The notes beneath the pieces are model-generated. The model ran no database searches. It worked only from the letters and a program-made list of their open reading frames with translations, and was not told the DNA's origin. A stretch of DNA of 64,000 bases. It comes from an uncultured Candidatus Saccharibacteria bacterium (GTDB lineage: Bacteria > Patescibacteriota > Saccharimonadia > Saccharimonadales > Saccharimonadaceae). Position 1 is the first letter of the stretch. Each line of letters begins with the position of its first letter. Made by a program: the position numbers and the translations under genes. The stretch covers positions 1,829-65,828 of the forward strand of contig CALJPD010000019.1 in the NCBI GenBank assembly GCA_937981355.1, given 5' to 3'. Positions 45,401-55,621 of the stretch are shown piece after piece.

Positions 45401-46620
45401 TAATTATTGACCATTTCGAAAATGCAAGCAGCAGCTTCCGGCGCAACCGCGGCCGTAATTTGCTGGCGACGCTGGGTGTGGCAATTGGCGTGGGTAGCAT
45501 CGTGGCGATCTTGGCGCTGAGTGGTGGCCTGCATAATATTATTTCTCAACAGGTGTCTGAGCTTAATAATAACCTCATTGTCGTGCGCCCTGGTGTACAA
45601 GATAAGAGTTTCTCGTCACTGGCGAGCTCGGTCGCGCAATATAATTACAATACCAGCACCATCACCGAGTCCGATGTCGAGGCGGTACGCAAGATGCCAC
45701 ATATCCGCGCTGTAGCACCAATGATGACTTCTGAGAATAAGCTCAAGGGCGATGGTCGAGAAGCTAATGCGACTGTTGTGGCGACCTCGCCAGATCTTGC
45801 CATTACGAGCCAGCTTGCACTGCGCGATGGCGATTTCCTTGAGGGTGGCACACACGACGCCAAGCCAGCGGTGCTTGGCCCAAAGCTGTCGGTGCAGCTG
45901 TTTGGTACAGAGCAGTCAATTAGCCAGACCTTCAAGATTCGCGGCAAGGAATTCATCGTCGTCGGGATATTGCGCGGTGTAGAAAAACCGCTGAATTATA
46001 ACAATGTCGATTTCGACAACGCAGCTATCATCACCACTGAGGCAGGTAAAAAAATTCACAACGGCCATACACAGATTCAGCAGATCAACATCCAGGCTGA
46101 TGCGTCGCAGCAGGTCGGGCAGATTGCTCAGCAAGTTAAGGACAAGATTAAGCAAAATCACCAAGGGGAAGAAGACTTTACTGTGGCAACGGGCGATGCG
46201 ATCAGCCAACCAACCAACCGGCTCTTCACAGCACTAACCCAGGTGTTGACGCTGATTGCAGCCATCTCGCTGGTGGTTGGTGGCATTGGTATCATGAACA
46301 TCATGCTGGTGAGCGTGGTAGAGCGCACGCGCGAGGTGGGTATCCGCAAAGCGGTTGGTGCGACTGATGGTAATATCATCACGCAGTTTGTTATTGAGGC
46401 GCTGGCGATTAGTTTGCTTGGTGGTATCCTGGGCTACATCCTGGGCTACATAGTGGCGCTGAGCTTTAGCGTCTGGCTGTCCTTCCCGCCAGCACTGGAG
46501 TGGCAGACAGCGGTGATGGCAATTGGTCTTGCACTAGCGGTTGGCCTCACCTTTGGTCTCTACCCAGCTATCCGTGCCGCGCGCAAGAACACAATTGAGT
46601 CGCTACGGCAGTACCATTAA
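45397..46620 (+). CDS. ABC transporter permease, FtsX/MacB-like
   Basis: ATGA-coupled to the ATPase. N-terminal TM helix, large extracytoplasmic domain, and 3 C-terminal TM helices with the FtsX-type motif ...ERTREVGIRKAVGAT... Confidence 0.75.
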   Translation: MIIIDHFENASSSFRRNRGRNLLATLGVAIGVGSIVAILALSGGLHNIISQQVSELNNNLIVVRPGVQDKSFSSLASSVAQYNYNTSTITESDVEAVRKMPHIRAVAPMMTSENKLKGDGREANATVVATSPDLAITSQLALRDGDFLEGGTHDAKPAVLGPKLSVQLFGTEQSISQTFKIRGKEFIVVGILRGVEKPLNYNNVDFDNAAIITTEAGKKIHNGHTQIQQINIQADASQQVGQIAQQVKDKIKQNHQGEEDFTVATGDAISQPTNRLFTALTQVLTLIAAISLVVGGIGIMNIMLVSVVERTREVGIRKAVGATDGNIITQFVIEALAISLLGGILGYILGYIVALSFSVWLSFPPALEWQTAVMAIGLALAVGLTFGLYPAIRAARKNTIESLRQYH

Positions 46621-46643
46621 TCGACATAGTTATGTTGACACAG

Positions 46644-46670
46644 AACCCGCCAGGAGAGTGGCGGGTTTTT
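46644..46670 (+). terminator. Rho-independent terminator after the ABC operon
   Basis: Stem AACCCGCCA/TGGCGGGTT with loop GGAGAG, followed by TTTTT. Confidence 0.6.
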
Positions 46671-46731
46671 ACTTGGCTTTCTATCCTACTCTACTCTAAA
46701 TATAGAGTTTTGAAGTGTGAAGTTTGACATT

Positions 46732-47754
46732 TCAAGATATACTGCCCCTTCCCTGCTTCACGCCATTCAACACGCCAAGGTAGCAGCTAGCAAATTCTGC
46801 TAGTATCATGCCATGTAATACCTGCTCTACCTCTGTCTCGCCAGCAAGCAAGATAGACTTTGCATGGGGTCTGCGGCCACTGAGGCGGCGATCGAGCACC
46901 GCCATGCGCTGCTGGGTAGTGGTGTCATTCTCCCCCACTAGGTCGAATAGCGCAAATGGCTTATCTACCGGATGACTTAGCCAGCCATGAGCATCAGCGT
47001 GCTCTGCCTCAGTAAGGGTGGTAGAAAAGGCTACATTATGCGCTCGTTCCTGCCAACACCATTGCCACCACTGGGCCACTGGCGCGAGCGCTCCACTGCT
47101 ACAAAACACTGCTGTCTTGCCCGCCGCCTGGCGTGCGAGCTGCTTGGCGAGGTTATGGGTGGTCGACACGGTAGCGCCCCACTGCTGCAGCACGTTGCTC
47201 ACATGCCCTGCTCTATGGACTATAGTATCCACTACGTTACCATCCAGCAGGTGGTAAGCCGCCAGCAACCTACCAAGCGTCGTGAGTATGCGCTGCCGCT
47301 CCACCTGCCCTTCCCTATGAGCAATTGGCATAATAGTGGCTGTAGGATATACTGCAGCATACTCAGCCACGGCAGCAGCATGAGTGAGTAGAATAGCTAG
47401 AGCGGCGTGCTGCTGTGTATCGCGCAATATATTTTTCACCTGGTCAGGTGAGATGCCAGCCTCGATAATAATCACCAAACTCTGTGCACTCACAAATGGT
47501 GGTACTGCTGCTGCCTTGCAGCACAGTACAGGCACAGCCATGTGAGGCTGCACGAGCTGCTGAGCGACGTGAGCCAGCACTGCACCACCATCCGTTGCTA
47601 TAATAACAACATTATGAATATCATGCTGGGGTGATATGTGTGAGAGCTGATTTGCTACCTCTGTTGGTAGCGTCGTTTGTTTCCATAATGTTGCAACGTG
47701 ACGCAGAGTGGCCTCGGCACCACGTTGAAGTAATATGGTCTGGTCATCAAGCAT
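46732..47754 (-). CDS. SIS-domain bifunctional phosphoglucose/phosphomannose isomerase-like protein
   Basis: Tandem SIS-like halves (...NVVIIATDGG..., ...TAVFCSSGAL...), with size and architecture like archaeal-type PGI/PMI. The start at MLDDQ has a GGAG SD. Confidence 0.4.
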   Translation of the reverse strand: MLDDQTILLQRGAEATLRHVATLWKQTTLPTEVANQLSHISPQHDIHNVVIIATDGGAVLAHVAQQLVQPHMAVPVLCCKAAAVPPFVSAQSLVIIIEAGISPDQVKNILRDTQQHAALAILLTHAAAVAEYAAVYPTATIMPIAHREGQVERQRILTTLGRLLAAYHLLDGNVVDTIVHRAGHVSNVLQQWGATVSTTHNLAKQLARQAAGKTAVFCSSGALAPVAQWWQWCWQERAHNVAFSTTLTEAEHADAHGWLSHPVDKPFALFDLVGENDTTTQQRMAVLDRRLSGRRPHAKSILLAGETEVEQVLHGMILAEFASCYLGVLNGVKQGRGSIS

Positions 47755-47844
47755 AATCGTCTCCTTCTGCTTGCAAGAGTATACCCTCCCATGATACATT
47801 AATTAGCAGAGAATCATAAGCATATTTGGAGACAGGTGGGAACC

Positions 47845-48309
47845 ATGAATATCAGCACTACATCACAATCAATTACCGACGATCAAGAGCTTGCCAAGGT
47901 GCTTGCTGGGATCGGTCCACAGGTAGGCACAGCAGCGTCGCAGCGGTCGCAGGCGATGATGTCGGGGCAAGGTGCTGGCCGTTCATCACTCTCGGGTATG
48001 TCGGGCAATATGGGTTCGTCGGTGCCAGTCATGTCCTCGCAGCAGCAATCTTCTCAGCCTGCGCCCAGTGGTGAGGCGCTCAATGGCGTGAAGCAATCGG
48101 CGATCAAAGAGCTGCGCCCACTGGTGGATAAGCTCAATGTCAGTCCAGATGAGAAATTCGATACCTATTTGCTTTTGATCCGTTCGACAGACGACAAGAG
48201 TTTGATCGACCCAGCGTACCAAATTGCCAAATCCATCCGCGATGAAACCCGCCGCGCCCAAGCGCTGCTCGACATCATCAAAGAGATCGATTATTTGTCG
48301 CAGCGGTAA
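47845..48309 (+). CDS. Hypothetical protein with low-complexity Ser/Gly/Gln/Met-rich N-terminal half
   Basis: The ORF has a plausible RBS (AGGTGGG) and is followed by a terminator hairpin. No recognisable domain. Confidence 0.4.
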   Translation: MNISTTSQSITDDQELAKVLAGIGPQVGTAASQRSQAMMSGQGAGRSSLSGMSGNMGSSVPVMSSQQQSSQPAPSGEALNGVKQSAIKELRPLVDKLNVSPDEKFDTYLLLIRSTDDKSLIDPAYQIAKSIRDETRRAQALLDIIKEIDYLSQR

Positions 48310-48335
48310 CGACTTATAGAGTAAGAATAGGCATT

Positions 48336-48360
48336 ATCACCACTGATGTGGTGATTTTGT
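48336..48360 (+). terminator. Rho-independent terminator
   Basis: Perfect 8-bp stem ATCACCAC/GTGGTGAT with loop TGAT, followed by TTTTGTT. Confidence 0.5.
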
Positions 48361-48397
48361 TATGGTGCTAAAAATGATATATAATACAAACACAACC

Positions 48398-49318
48398 ATG
48401 ACAAAGACACACCACCATAAGTCACACCATACACATAAACGCAAACGCTATGATATTGATACAATGCCGTCGCTTATATCGCCGAGCCAATGGTCGACGT
48501 CTTCTTCGAACATCAAAAAGCAGCTTGTTACCGTTGATGCAGCGCTGAAGAGCCAAAAGCCACACCTTGCCTACCTCGTCGAGCAGCAGGGTCGCAATTG
48601 GAGTGAGGAAAAACGCCGCCAGCGACGCTCGGTTGCCCTGGGAGAAAGTGCTGTGACGCTTGTGCAGCACTATGCGAGCAAAGAACAGTGGTCGCATGTC
48701 GATATGGCGCGGCTGCTCGCAGCGTATCCTGGCTGGGTGGAGGCGACTGAACAAGATGATACGACGCTAACTCGACAAGAAAATAAACAGCGGATCAAAA
48801 AGCTCACACACTTTAACCATGCCCTGCGCGATGTGATAGACAACGCCACACACTCTTGTGAGACATGGAAGTCGATACCGTCTGTATCAGATATAGTTAA
48901 CGGCTTAGAAGCAGTGTGCCCAGGCAATAAGCATACTCAAAACAAGCAAGATCGAAAAGATATGCTGTATGCGACAGTAGCGGGCATTCGCAATGAAGTG
49001 CTTTTTATGCGGGTGCTGGATGAAGCGGGCATTGCCTATGAGCCAGGTACGGCCAACCAGGATATGCGCGGGATAGATATGATAGTGAATGGTAAGCTTA
49101 TTGACCTCAAGTCGTCTGAATACTACGAATATGAGGCCCAGGAAGATGCTGCTGAGCATGATGATGACGGGCGGATCTTTTTCTTCCCTGGTGTGGAGGG
49201 GTATGAATACCGTAATAAATTAATGTTGCCGAAGGAAAAAATTATTCAGGTTATGCCACGGGTGGTAGCCCGCATGTATAGCCATGGCATTCTAGATAAG
49301 CCAACACAACAGAGGTAG
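48398..49318 (+). CDS. Hypothetical protein with His-rich N-terminus and possible C-terminal PD-(D/E)xK nuclease-like motif
   Basis: ...RNEVLFMRVLDEAG...GIDMIVNGKLIDLKSS fits an E...D...(D/E)xK pattern. The ORF-track start (48362) overlaps the upstream terminator and a TTGTTA-N17-TATAAT promoter, so the ATG at 48398 was chosen (leaderless-type). Confidence 0.4.
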   Translation: MTKTHHHKSHHTHKRKRYDIDTMPSLISPSQWSTSSSNIKKQLVTVDAALKSQKPHLAYLVEQQGRNWSEEKRRQRRSVALGESAVTLVQHYASKEQWSHVDMARLLAAYPGWVEATEQDDTTLTRQENKQRIKKLTHFNHALRDVIDNATHSCETWKSIPSVSDIVNGLEAVCPGNKHTQNKQDRKDMLYATVAGIRNEVLFMRVLDEAGIAYEPGTANQDMRGIDMIVNGKLIDLKSSEYYEYEAQEDAAEHDDDGRIFFFPGVEGYEYRNKLMLPKEKIIQVMPRVVARMYSHGILDKPTQQR

Positions 49319-49370
49319 ATTCCACCACAGACATGCGACCATAACAGAGGTAAAGGAGGTGCATTGCTAT

Positions 49371-49670
49371 ATGCCACACGAAATACCACGGCAGCCGTCA
49401 AATGAAGACTACGAGAGGCACTCAGTACTCAAAGAGTCAATTTCTCGATCGATTTTTGAAAGAAGGCCATGGCCCTATAGTGGGGCTGAGAATGAGACGA
49501 GGCTGCTTTCTATCCAGTGGATGTCGCTACAGTGTGCCGAGGATGGCTGGGTAGCAATTGGTCTGACCACTGATGGGCGCTATGTAAGAGTAAATATCAG
49601 CAATAATACAGAAGATGTGATACTTGAAGTAGAGGCCAAACAAGCTGATGGAGAGACAGACATTTCATAG
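49371..49670 (+). CDS. Hypothetical protein (99 aa)
   Basis: AAAGGAGGT SD 10 nt upstream of the ATG at 49371. No recognisable domain. Confidence 0.35.
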   Translation: MPHEIPRQPSNEDYERHSVLKESISRSIFERRPWPYSGAENETRLLSIQWMSLQCAEDGWVAIGLTTDGRYVRVNISNNTEDVILEVEAKQADGETDIS

Positions 49671-49710
49671 AGCAGTCAGAGCAGGTATCCGCAGGGTAAA
49701 AAACACTAGC

Positions 49711-51186
49711 TTAGATTGCCGATGTACGCTTGTTGTGGCGCGAAGTTGGCTTTTTCTTGCGCTTGGCTTTGTCTTTGGCTTTAGGTCGAGGTTTGCTAGC
49801 GTCTTTTGTGCGCTTGCTCTTGCCTCGCGCTGGCTTCTTCTTCGATGCTTGCCGCTCGTGGATAGCGTTTCGTACCTCTGTTATTTCGTCCCAGGGGTGG
49901 GTTCCGTCGGCGCGTTCGATGGTTTTTTCATGGCCTTTGCCGAGGAAGACAACGGTGTCGCGGGTGGTGCGGGCACGGCGAATAGCAAAGCGGATGGCCT
50001 CAGCGCGGTCGTGGATGAGGAAGAGATCGGTATCTTGGGTTTTGCCAGCGGCTTCTGCGCCTTTGGCGATTTGGGTGAGGATGTGTTGCCCATCGACATC
50101 GCGGTCGTCTTCTTCGGTGAGAATAAGCTCGTCAGCAATTCGCCCTGCGATCTTGCCTTGGATGGCTCGCTTGGACTCATCGCGCCGGCCAGCCGAGCCA
50201 AACAGGACGATCAGCTTGCCTTTCGTGCTCGCTCGCACACTACCGAGGAGCCGCTCAAAAGCGTCGGGTGTGTGGGCAAAATCAACAATAGCAGAGAATG
50301 GCTGCCCAGCATCCACGACTGTCATGCGGCCATCCACCCCAGTGAGTGCAGCCAGGCCGTGCTCGATCTGCGCCCGGCTTAAGCCCACCTCGTGCCCCAC
50401 CGCTACTGCGGCTAGGCTGTTGACGATGTTGAACTCACCCGGCATATTGATGGTGATGTGGTGCATCTCCCCCATGAGCCACACGTCGTAGCGGCTACCC
50501 GAGGCGGTTTGGGTGATGTTAGTCGCCCGGATGTTGCCGTCAGCGATGCCGTAGCATAGGCTACGGGGCACGGCTTGCTCGAAGACTGCTGCTGATGGGT
50601 CATCCGCATTGATAATGCCAACCCGCCGCGCCAGCTTGAAGAGACGCGTTTTGACGGCGCGGTAGCGCTCAAATGTCTTGTGATAATCGAGATGCTCGTG
50701 CGTGACGTTAGTCATGACGGCAATGTCGATCGGGACGCCAAAGATGCGGTGCTGCGCCAATGCGTGGCTCGTCACCTCTAGCACTACCCACTGCACATTA
50801 TGCCGCCGAAACTCCGCCAAACGCTGCTGCAACAGGGGTGCAGACACAGTGGTCATGTGCTCGGTTTGCGGTGTGATGTCGCTGTTTACCCCATAGGCCA
50901 CCGTCGTCATTAGGCCGACATTGTAGCCTGCTTCGACCAGCATGCGGTGGATCATAAAGCACGTCGTGGTCTTGCCGTTCGTCCCTGTTACGCCAATGAC
51001 GTGCATGCCCTGGGCTGGGAAGCCTTGGTTGGCTGCTGCTATAGTGGCTTCAAGCAGCCGATAGCCTGGCTCTAGCGCCGCCAGCACGCTGGGTGGGAGA
51101 GTATTCTTGAGTGTTTGTTTTAGAGAAGAAGATGCCATGGCACATATTATACCACTTTTGGTAGTATTTAAAACCATGAGAGGCAT
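49711..51186 (-). CDS. murE: Mur ligase family protein, MurE-like, with a Lys/Arg-rich approximately 45-aa C-terminal tail
   Basis: P-loop GVTGTNGKTTT with central and C-terminal Mur ligase domains. The tail is KKKPARGKSKRTKDASKPRPKAKDKAKRKKKPTSRHNKR. Confidence 0.6.
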   Translation of the reverse strand: MPLMVLNTTKSGIICAMASSSLKQTLKNTLPPSVLAALEPGYRLLEATIAAANQGFPAQGMHVIGVTGTNGKTTTCFMIHRMLVEAGYNVGLMTTVAYGVNSDITPQTEHMTTVSAPLLQQRLAEFRRHNVQWVVLEVTSHALAQHRIFGVPIDIAVMTNVTHEHLDYHKTFERYRAVKTRLFKLARRVGIINADDPSAAVFEQAVPRSLCYGIADGNIRATNITQTASGSRYDVWLMGEMHHITINMPGEFNIVNSLAAVAVGHEVGLSRAQIEHGLAALTGVDGRMTVVDAGQPFSAIVDFAHTPDAFERLLGSVRASTKGKLIVLFGSAGRRDESKRAIQGKIAGRIADELILTEEDDRDVDGQHILTQIAKGAEAAGKTQDTDLFLIHDRAEAIRFAIRRARTTRDTVVFLGKGHEKTIERADGTHPWDEITEVRNAIHERQASKKKPARGKSKRTKDASKPRPKAKDKAKRKKKPTSRHNKRTSAI

Positions 51187-51449
51187 GATTTTTTGAGCAA
51201 GTAAATATGCTAAGATGAGGGCTGTAAAACACTCGCTTCCAGACCATTATAAAGGTGAATATCTCTCTAATATTCATCGTGTGCGCCTGGGCTAAGATTG
51301 ATTATTGCGATTGACCCACACGCCATCGGATGAAGGGATTGGCTGGTGGAGCTAACACTGCAAAAGTGAGATTATACGTATTTTCTACACCATTTTTATT
51401 TTGGAGTAAGTTTTCTGCGTTGTGTACCCTCCTTTGCTATAATAACCCT

Positions 51450-52544
51450 ATGAAGATTCTTGGGATTGAGAGCAGCTGCGACGAGACGGCGGCTGCGGTG
51501 GTGGCCGATGGGCGGCACCTGCTGAGTAGTGTCGTGCACTCGCAGATAGATATTCATGCCCAGTATGGCGGCGTGGTGCCAGAAGTAGCGGCGCGGAGCC
51601 ATATTGAGATGATTACCCCGGTGATTGACCGCGCCTTGGTCGAGGCAGCGTGCAGCTGGGATGAGATTGATGGCATTGCGGTGACGTATGCGCCTGGGCT
51701 GGTAGGGTCACTATTGGTCGGGACACTGGCGGCGCGGACGTTGGCACTTGTGCACGAGAAGCCGCTCTACGCGATTCATCATGTGGAGGCGCACGTCTAT
51801 GCCAACTTTGTGGTGGAAGATGGTCGGCCAAAGCCCGAGCCAGCTTTAGCGCTACCCGCTGCACAGCCGAGCTTCCCTATGCTGGCGCTCATCGTCTCTG
51901 GTGGGCATAGTCAGTTGGTGTTGTTTCGTGCGCATGGTGACTATACACTACTTGGCCAGACGCAGGATGATGCTGTAGGCGAAGCCTTCGACAAGGTAGC
52001 AAAGATCATTGGTTTGCCCTACCCTGGCGGCCCGGCCATTGCTGCTGCCGCTATGCATGGTGACCCGCAGCATTACGCGTTACCCAAGGCGCGGATGCAT
52101 GGCCAGTACGATTTCTCTTTTTCAGGCCTTAAGACGGCCGTGCTGCGCCGAATGCAAGCTGAGGTGGGCAAAGATACCTCTTTTCCTTCGCACGAGCTCC
52201 CAGCGCTTGTCACGCCGCAGCAGCGCTATGATATGGCAGCGAGCTTCCAGCGTGTAGCGGTAGAGACATTGGTAGATAAAACGGTGCTGGCGTATGAACA
52301 CTATGCGCCACGCTCCGTCGTGATTGCTGGTGGTGTGGCGGCCAACCAAGAACTCCGCCGCCAGCTGCGCACCGCCCTGCCCTGCTCCATTAGCTACGCA
52401 CCGATGGCCTTTTGCACGGACAATGCAGTGATGATTGCTACCCTCGGCTACTACTACGCCCAGGCTGGCCACACAGTCGATCCATACCTGCTCGAAGTGC
52501 AGCCGAGTTTGTCGATGCGCGAAGCAGTGTGGGCTGATATTTAG
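51450..52544 (+). CDS. tsaD: tRNA N6-adenosine threonylcarbamoyltransferase TsaD
   Basis: MKILGIESSCDETAAAVV is the canonical Kae1/TsaD start, with metal-binding histidines HHVEAH. Start chosen at the internal ATG at 51450. Confidence 0.85.
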   Translation: MKILGIESSCDETAAAVVADGRHLLSSVVHSQIDIHAQYGGVVPEVAARSHIEMITPVIDRALVEAACSWDEIDGIAVTYAPGLVGSLLVGTLAARTLALVHEKPLYAIHHVEAHVYANFVVEDGRPKPEPALALPAAQPSFPMLALIVSGGHSQLVLFRAHGDYTLLGQTQDDAVGEAFDKVAKIIGLPYPGGPAIAAAAMHGDPQHYALPKARMHGQYDFSFSGLKTAVLRRMQAEVGKDTSFPSHELPALVTPQQRYDMAASFQRVAVETLVDKTVLAYEHYAPRSVVIAGGVAANQELRRQLRTALPCSISYAPMAFCTDNAVMIATLGYYYAQAGHTVDPYLLEVQPSLSMREAVWADI

Positions 52545-53032
52545 CCTTCTTTTGCGCGAATCTGCCTGGCTAGCGCTGCAGCAGCTACAACAGTTTCATC
52601 GAGTGTGTGATAGATCGGGAGCTCTGGCTGCTCGAGGTGTGCTTGTGTTTCGATGTCAAATGGTCGGTCGAAGCTTTTGCCAATGCCAAGCACAATGGGC
52701 GAGCCGCGTCCGAGTTCCTTACCAAGCTCTAGTGGTGTAATGATGCCCGGCCCCTTGACGAAGTAAAACATGACCACACGTGCAAGCTGCAAATTTCGGT
52801 GCTCCCATGTGATCTGCTCCTTCGCAATATCACCAACGCGCGGTATTCCTTCCGGGCGTCGTGGGTTGGCAATAATGAGCTCTTCGTCACATGATTCTGT
52901 TTGCTCAATATTTTCTAATAATTTTTCTGCTTGTTTTTGCCAATCTTCTGCCCCAGAAATAGGGCCTGCAACGAAGATGTCTGGTCGTAATTCTTGCATA
53001 GATAACGCTGATGTTGGGCGTTTGACGAGCAT
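52541..53032 (-). CDS. Hypothetical protein, nucleoside 2-deoxyribosyltransferase-like
   Basis: ...DIFVAGPISG... near the N-terminus resembles the NDT/LOG-like Rossmann fold. A TGATACTAT extended -10 lies 6 nt before the ATG. Weak call. Confidence 0.35.
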   Translation of the reverse strand: MLVKRPTSALSMQELRPDIFVAGPISGAEDWQKQAEKLLENIEQTESCDEELIIANPRRPEGIPRVGDIAKEQITWEHRNLQLARVVMFYFVKGPGIITPLELGKELGRGSPIVLGIGKSFDRPFDIETQAHLEQPELPIYHTLDETVVAAAALARQIRAKEG

Positions 53033-53188
53033 GGCAAAATAGTATCATGGACTACTGCAAAGATCAAATATCACAGACACGAAAAATAAGCTGAAGATCT
53101 GCAAGTCGCGGATTTTTTATCTTACCGTAAGGTGAATGCTATCTACCACGGTGCCTAGTAGTGTAGATATTGTTACGAAGGCAGTGCT

Positions 53189-54445
53189 CTACCGCGCTAT
53201 AATCTTTCGCGCCGCACGCATGAAACGAACCACCTGATGTATGAATGGTCGAGCAATATATTCATAGCAACCAGCGCGTTCCTCCAGCTGGCCACCAAAG
53301 CCTTTCTTAAAGTGATACACTCCCTCTTGCTCGGGGAAGCCGTTGAAGTTTCCGCTTGTGCCGTAGAAGTTATAGCGCTGAGCGCCAAGGCTGATGGCAC
53401 GGCGCATTGCTGCGTATTGCAGGGCGTATGAGCCAGAGAACTTGGCATGCTGATCGTCCGACCCGCTAAGAAAATACACCACCTCGTTATCGCTCGTGTG
53501 CATGAATATGGCGGCGGTCAGCGGCAGGACGTCCCCATTGGCTGCCTGGCGGAGTGTTTCGTAATCTGCCAAGCGTTTGGATACCGCAGTGAGCTGATTG
53601 TCGAGCTCCTTCACCTGTCCCTGCTTGTCTGGCTCAGCTGCCAGCATATCGCGCTTGGCTTGCAGTGCATCCTGCTGGCCGCTGAGACGGGCTTGGTAGC
53701 CAGCAAGGTCGAGCTCGGCAATCAGGAACCACGCCTGCTTGCGGTGAAAGGCGCGGAACAATTGCTGATAAAACGCTTCGTTGCGTCCTGAGAAGCCACG
53801 CCGCGTGCCAGTATCGATTAGCAGCTTCGCAAACGGGACGAGATCGTCCACTGCAGTAATCTCGCGTACCGCCACACCATACTTGGTGGCCGCCTTGACG
53901 CAGCTGCGTGTCTTAGCATCGAAGCTCTTGAGTAGTGCTGCGTCGTCGTGATAAGGCGAAAGATCTTTGGCAAAGAACCAGCGCACATAGCGTGCGTTGT
54001 GGTCGGTCTGCTGCGGGGGGATAGCGCGAAAGCCTGCCTTTTCTAATTGTTGCAGCGCCTTGGTCGTGCCTGCTACTTCGAGAAGCTGAGTAGGGTCACT
54101 TCCCTGCCGTAGGATGAGTGGCGGCTGAAGCCGAAGTAAAATACCTTTATGTGCTTTGACATATTTCTTAAGTTCTGTCAATAATGTACTGAGCACGGCT
54201 GGGTTGTGATAATCCACGAGCGGTCCTTGCAAACATTCAAACTCGCTATAGCCCAAGGTGTGCCACTCATATAACACGGCAGTAGCTACCAAGCGATCAT
54301 CCTCAGTAAACAATCCCAAATAATGTGGCTGCCAGCCCAGCTGTGCCACTCGCTTGGCATTAGCGGCTGATTGGACGAAGCTCCCTAGTGGATGTTGCGC
54401 AACAAATTGCTCGAGAGTGGATGGATCGATGGGCTTTAGCTGCAT
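53189..54445 (-). CDS. FemAB-family peptidoglycan interpeptide bridge aminoacyltransferase
   Basis: About 419 aa with two GNAT-like halves and a central coiled-coil region (...QDALQAKRDMLAAEPDKQGQVKELDNQL...) typical of FemA/FemB. A TGCTATACT extended -10 lies 12 nt before the ATG at 54445. Confidence 0.75.
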   Translation of the reverse strand: MQLKPIDPSTLEQFVAQHPLGSFVQSAANAKRVAQLGWQPHYLGLFTEDDRLVATAVLYEWHTLGYSEFECLQGPLVDYHNPAVLSTLLTELKKYVKAHKGILLRLQPPLILRQGSDPTQLLEVAGTTKALQQLEKAGFRAIPPQQTDHNARYVRWFFAKDLSPYHDDAALLKSFDAKTRSCVKAATKYGVAVREITAVDDLVPFAKLLIDTGTRRGFSGRNEAFYQQLFRAFHRKQAWFLIAELDLAGYQARLSGQQDALQAKRDMLAAEPDKQGQVKELDNQLTAVSKRLADYETLRQAANGDVLPLTAAIFMHTSDNEVVYFLSGSDDQHAKFSGSYALQYAAMRRAISLGAQRYNFYGTSGNFNGFPEQEGVYHFKKGFGGQLEERAGCYEYIARPFIHQVVRFMRAARKIIAR

Positions 54446-54644
54446 AATGATAGCGATAGTATAGCATTTTTGAGTGGTGAGAGGAAGAGAGCGATGGTAA
54501 TGAGCGACATACAATTGGTTATAACGAAGGAGTTTAAAGAGATAATACCTTACATCAGACTTATCATTTTGTTGTGGTGTTCATGAATGTGTTTTTGCAA
54601 TAATCATCAGTGAAAATCCGCCGCAAAGTTGCTATACTAATGTT

Positions 54645-55598
54645 ATGAAACATTTTTTACAGACTGAGGCATGGGAGGCCTTTCAACAAGCGCAGCAGCG
54701 CCATACGGTGCGGCGAGTAGACAAAGGGTGGCAGTATTATGGCATTATTGAGCACGGTCGGCTCAACCATCGGTTGTATGTACCCTATGGGCCCGAAGCA
54801 GATAATGATGCAGCCCAGGAAGCTGCACTCAAGGATATTATTGCCACAGGGCGGCAATATGGTGCAGATTTTGTGCGGGTCGACCCCCGAACGACGCGGC
54901 TTGAACAGCTGCAAAATCTCGGCTTTCGCAAAGCAAAGAGTCTCCAGCCAGACCGAACGATTATTAATGATGTGACGATGGATCACGATGCGATCCTGGC
55001 TAATGCCAAACAAGCGGTGCGTTACACCTGGCGCAAAAATCAGAAGGCAGGGGTGCGCTTCCATACTAGTTATGAGCCAGCAGATATCGAGATTTTTCTT
55101 AATATGATTCACGATGTTGCCAAGCGTACTGGCATGCAGCCTCATAGTGATGCCTACTTTCGTCAAATGGCAGAAGTGCTTTTCCCACGTAAGGCAGCTG
55201 GCCTGATGTATGCCACGCTAGAGGACAAGCCAGTTGCTAGCCTGATATTCTTTAGTGATGGCACGACGATGGCCTATGCCCATGCTGCGTCCTACACCGC
55301 CCAGCGCAACCTCAGCCCAGCTACAGCACTAGTGGTATCTGCTCTCTTCTATGCGCACGATACCGGGCACAAATTCTTTGACTTTTACGGCATTGCGTCA
55401 GACGATGTGCCAAAGGATCACCCCTGGGCGGGCTTCACGCACTTTAAGAAGTCGTTCGGGGGTACGCCAGTGGATTACATCGGCACCTGGGAGAAACCTC
55501 TCCACCCACTGCGTTACCGGTTGTATCACCTCTACCAAGCGATGTATCAGCACATGCGCAGTCTGCGCCAAGCATCGTATCGCCGCTCGCATAAGTAG
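54645..55598 (+). CDS. FemAB/FemX-family aminoacyltransferase (short form)
   Basis: 317 aa with the FemX-like motif KHFLQTEAW...FKKSFGG. TGCTATACT lies 6 nt upstream of the ATG. Confidence 0.7.
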   Translation: MKHFLQTEAWEAFQQAQQRHTVRRVDKGWQYYGIIEHGRLNHRLYVPYGPEADNDAAQEAALKDIIATGRQYGADFVRVDPRTTRLEQLQNLGFRKAKSLQPDRTIINDVTMDHDAILANAKQAVRYTWRKNQKAGVRFHTSYEPADIEIFLNMIHDVAKRTGMQPHSDAYFRQMAEVLFPRKAAGLMYATLEDKPVASLIFFSDGTTMAYAHAASYTAQRNLSPATALVVSALFYAHDTGHKFFDFYGIASDDVPKDHPWAGFTHFKKSFGGTPVDYIGTWEKPLHPLRYRLYHLYQAMYQHMRSLRQASYRRSHK

Positions 55599-55621
55599 TT
55601 GGTAGAGAGATCACTTAGAAG

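Noticed and set aside
49648-50491. 244-aa and 253-aa plus-strand ORFs overlapping the MurE-like gene
   Set aside because: They are antisense or alternative frames of the Mur ligase gene, with Arg/Ala/Ser-rich bias typical of out-of-frame translation.
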